In this document: one piece after another, positions 62,865-64,000 of the stretch
How the letters are laid out: every line of letters starts with the position of its first letter
Numbering within the stretch: the stretch's first letter is position 1
Source of the DNA: Octopus bimaculoides
Taxonomy: Eukaryota
Direction: 5' to 3'
Length of the DNA: 64,000 nucleotides
Assembly: GCF_001194135.2 (NCBI RefSeq)
Contig: NC_068981.1
Coordinates: 124,667,953 to 124,731,952, forward strand
The notes under the pieces: model-generated
The model's input: the letters and a program-made list of their open reading frames with translations, nothing else
Told to the model about the DNA's origin: nothing
The model's database searches: none
Translations under genes and position numbers: made by a program

Positions 62865-63746
62865 TCATGCTTGTGTGTAGAAAATCAGTGTCCTGTACAG
62901 AAAGTGACATAACAATACAGATAGAACTTTAAATCTCAATAACAATAATAACAAAGATCTAGAAATGTTTCCTTAAAAATTTCTAATAGTCCTGATATTC
63001 TGAGTTAAAAACTCATTTTCAAAGACTTTAAAGAACCCTAATCCTAAAGAACAAGAGAGAGTTACAAATTGCAACAAATGTTACACTGGCAGTACAATTT
63101 GGCTTTTACAAATCTGAATCAAATCACATCTTCAGATATGTGCTCTATACTTTTAAAATAATTGAATAAGTTCTTCCAAATGGTACCATTTAAAGGAATA
63201 GGTTATAACTATGCCACTGATAAAAAAAAAAAATACATTAAGCACTGCAATTCCTAATTTAATTCCTGACTAAATCCCAATGGAACAAAATCCATAACCC
63301 CAGATTCTAATCACCTCCATATGTGTGGCAATTCTAATGCAACACACAATTCATTGAAATGCTTACATAATCTATAACTCTCTCAGGATTTCTTGAAAGC
63401 TTTTGTAATGAAATTTTTAATTGGAACTATTAGAACTAATTAAACATTTTAAAGGTAACATTTCAATAACTTCTTCATTGTTATTTTTTTATATATTTAA
63501 TGGTCCATCTGCAATACTATCACCATCAATAGCACACTGTTTTTCAGTATATTCCATAATGCCTCGAATAGAATACTCATGTGTGTGTGTGTGTGTGCGT
63601 GCGCATCTACATATCCATATAAGTATACAAATACAGATATATATATATATATATATACTCAAACCCATACAAATATATACGTATATATACACATGCATGC
63701 ACAAGCATAGACTTACACAATACACACACATATAGATTTACACAAT

Positions 63747-63807
<61 letters not shown>

Positions 63808-64000
63808 ATCACTAGCAGCAAGCAAATATCAGCCATACAGGCAAATAAAATATGTATGTTTTATATATACACACACACACACACACACACTGCATGTGTT
63901 TACATTCACATACAGAAATATATACACGCATACACACATACATAGATGCATGCATGTATGCACATACACAACTATATACTAACAAATATACATACACATA

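Noticed and set aside
49083-64000. SPAK/OSR1 kinase-domain and S-motif (RRVPGSSGRLHK, WEWSDDE) exons
   Set aside because: Searched by eye on the minus strand and not found; presumably beyond the window.

Overview
AT-rich, gapped (5 N-runs), microsatellite- and SINE-dense animal genomic DNA. The repeat families point to an octopus or other cephalopod (inference). Two host genes can be reconstructed, and they converge. (1) A complete 3-exon gene on the + strand, join(4271..4381,12397..12488,13647..13869), encodes a 141-aa four-EF-hand Ca2+-binding protein with two non-canonical N-lobe loops and two canonical-length C-lobe loops. (2) The last five coding exons of a SPAK/OSR1 (STK39/OXSR1, Drosophila fray) STE20 kinase lie on the - strand at 49082-49042, 47499-47447, 42817-42749, 35805-35741 and 34927-34829. 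They encode the CCT (RFxV-binding) domain plus a short C-terminal extension; the kinase-domain exons were not found and probably lie beyond 64 kb. The rest is transposon debris: solo LTRs inserted in (TA)n, Gypsy pol, Penelope-like GIY-YIG, three RTE LINE types, L1/Tx1 and CRE fragments, mariner, a DD37E Tc1-like element, piggyBac and its MITEs, fold-back MITEs, and at least four tRNA-derived SINE families. No rRNA, bona fide tRNA or CRISPR array was seen. All alignments were done by eye from recalled family motifs, and no database search was run.
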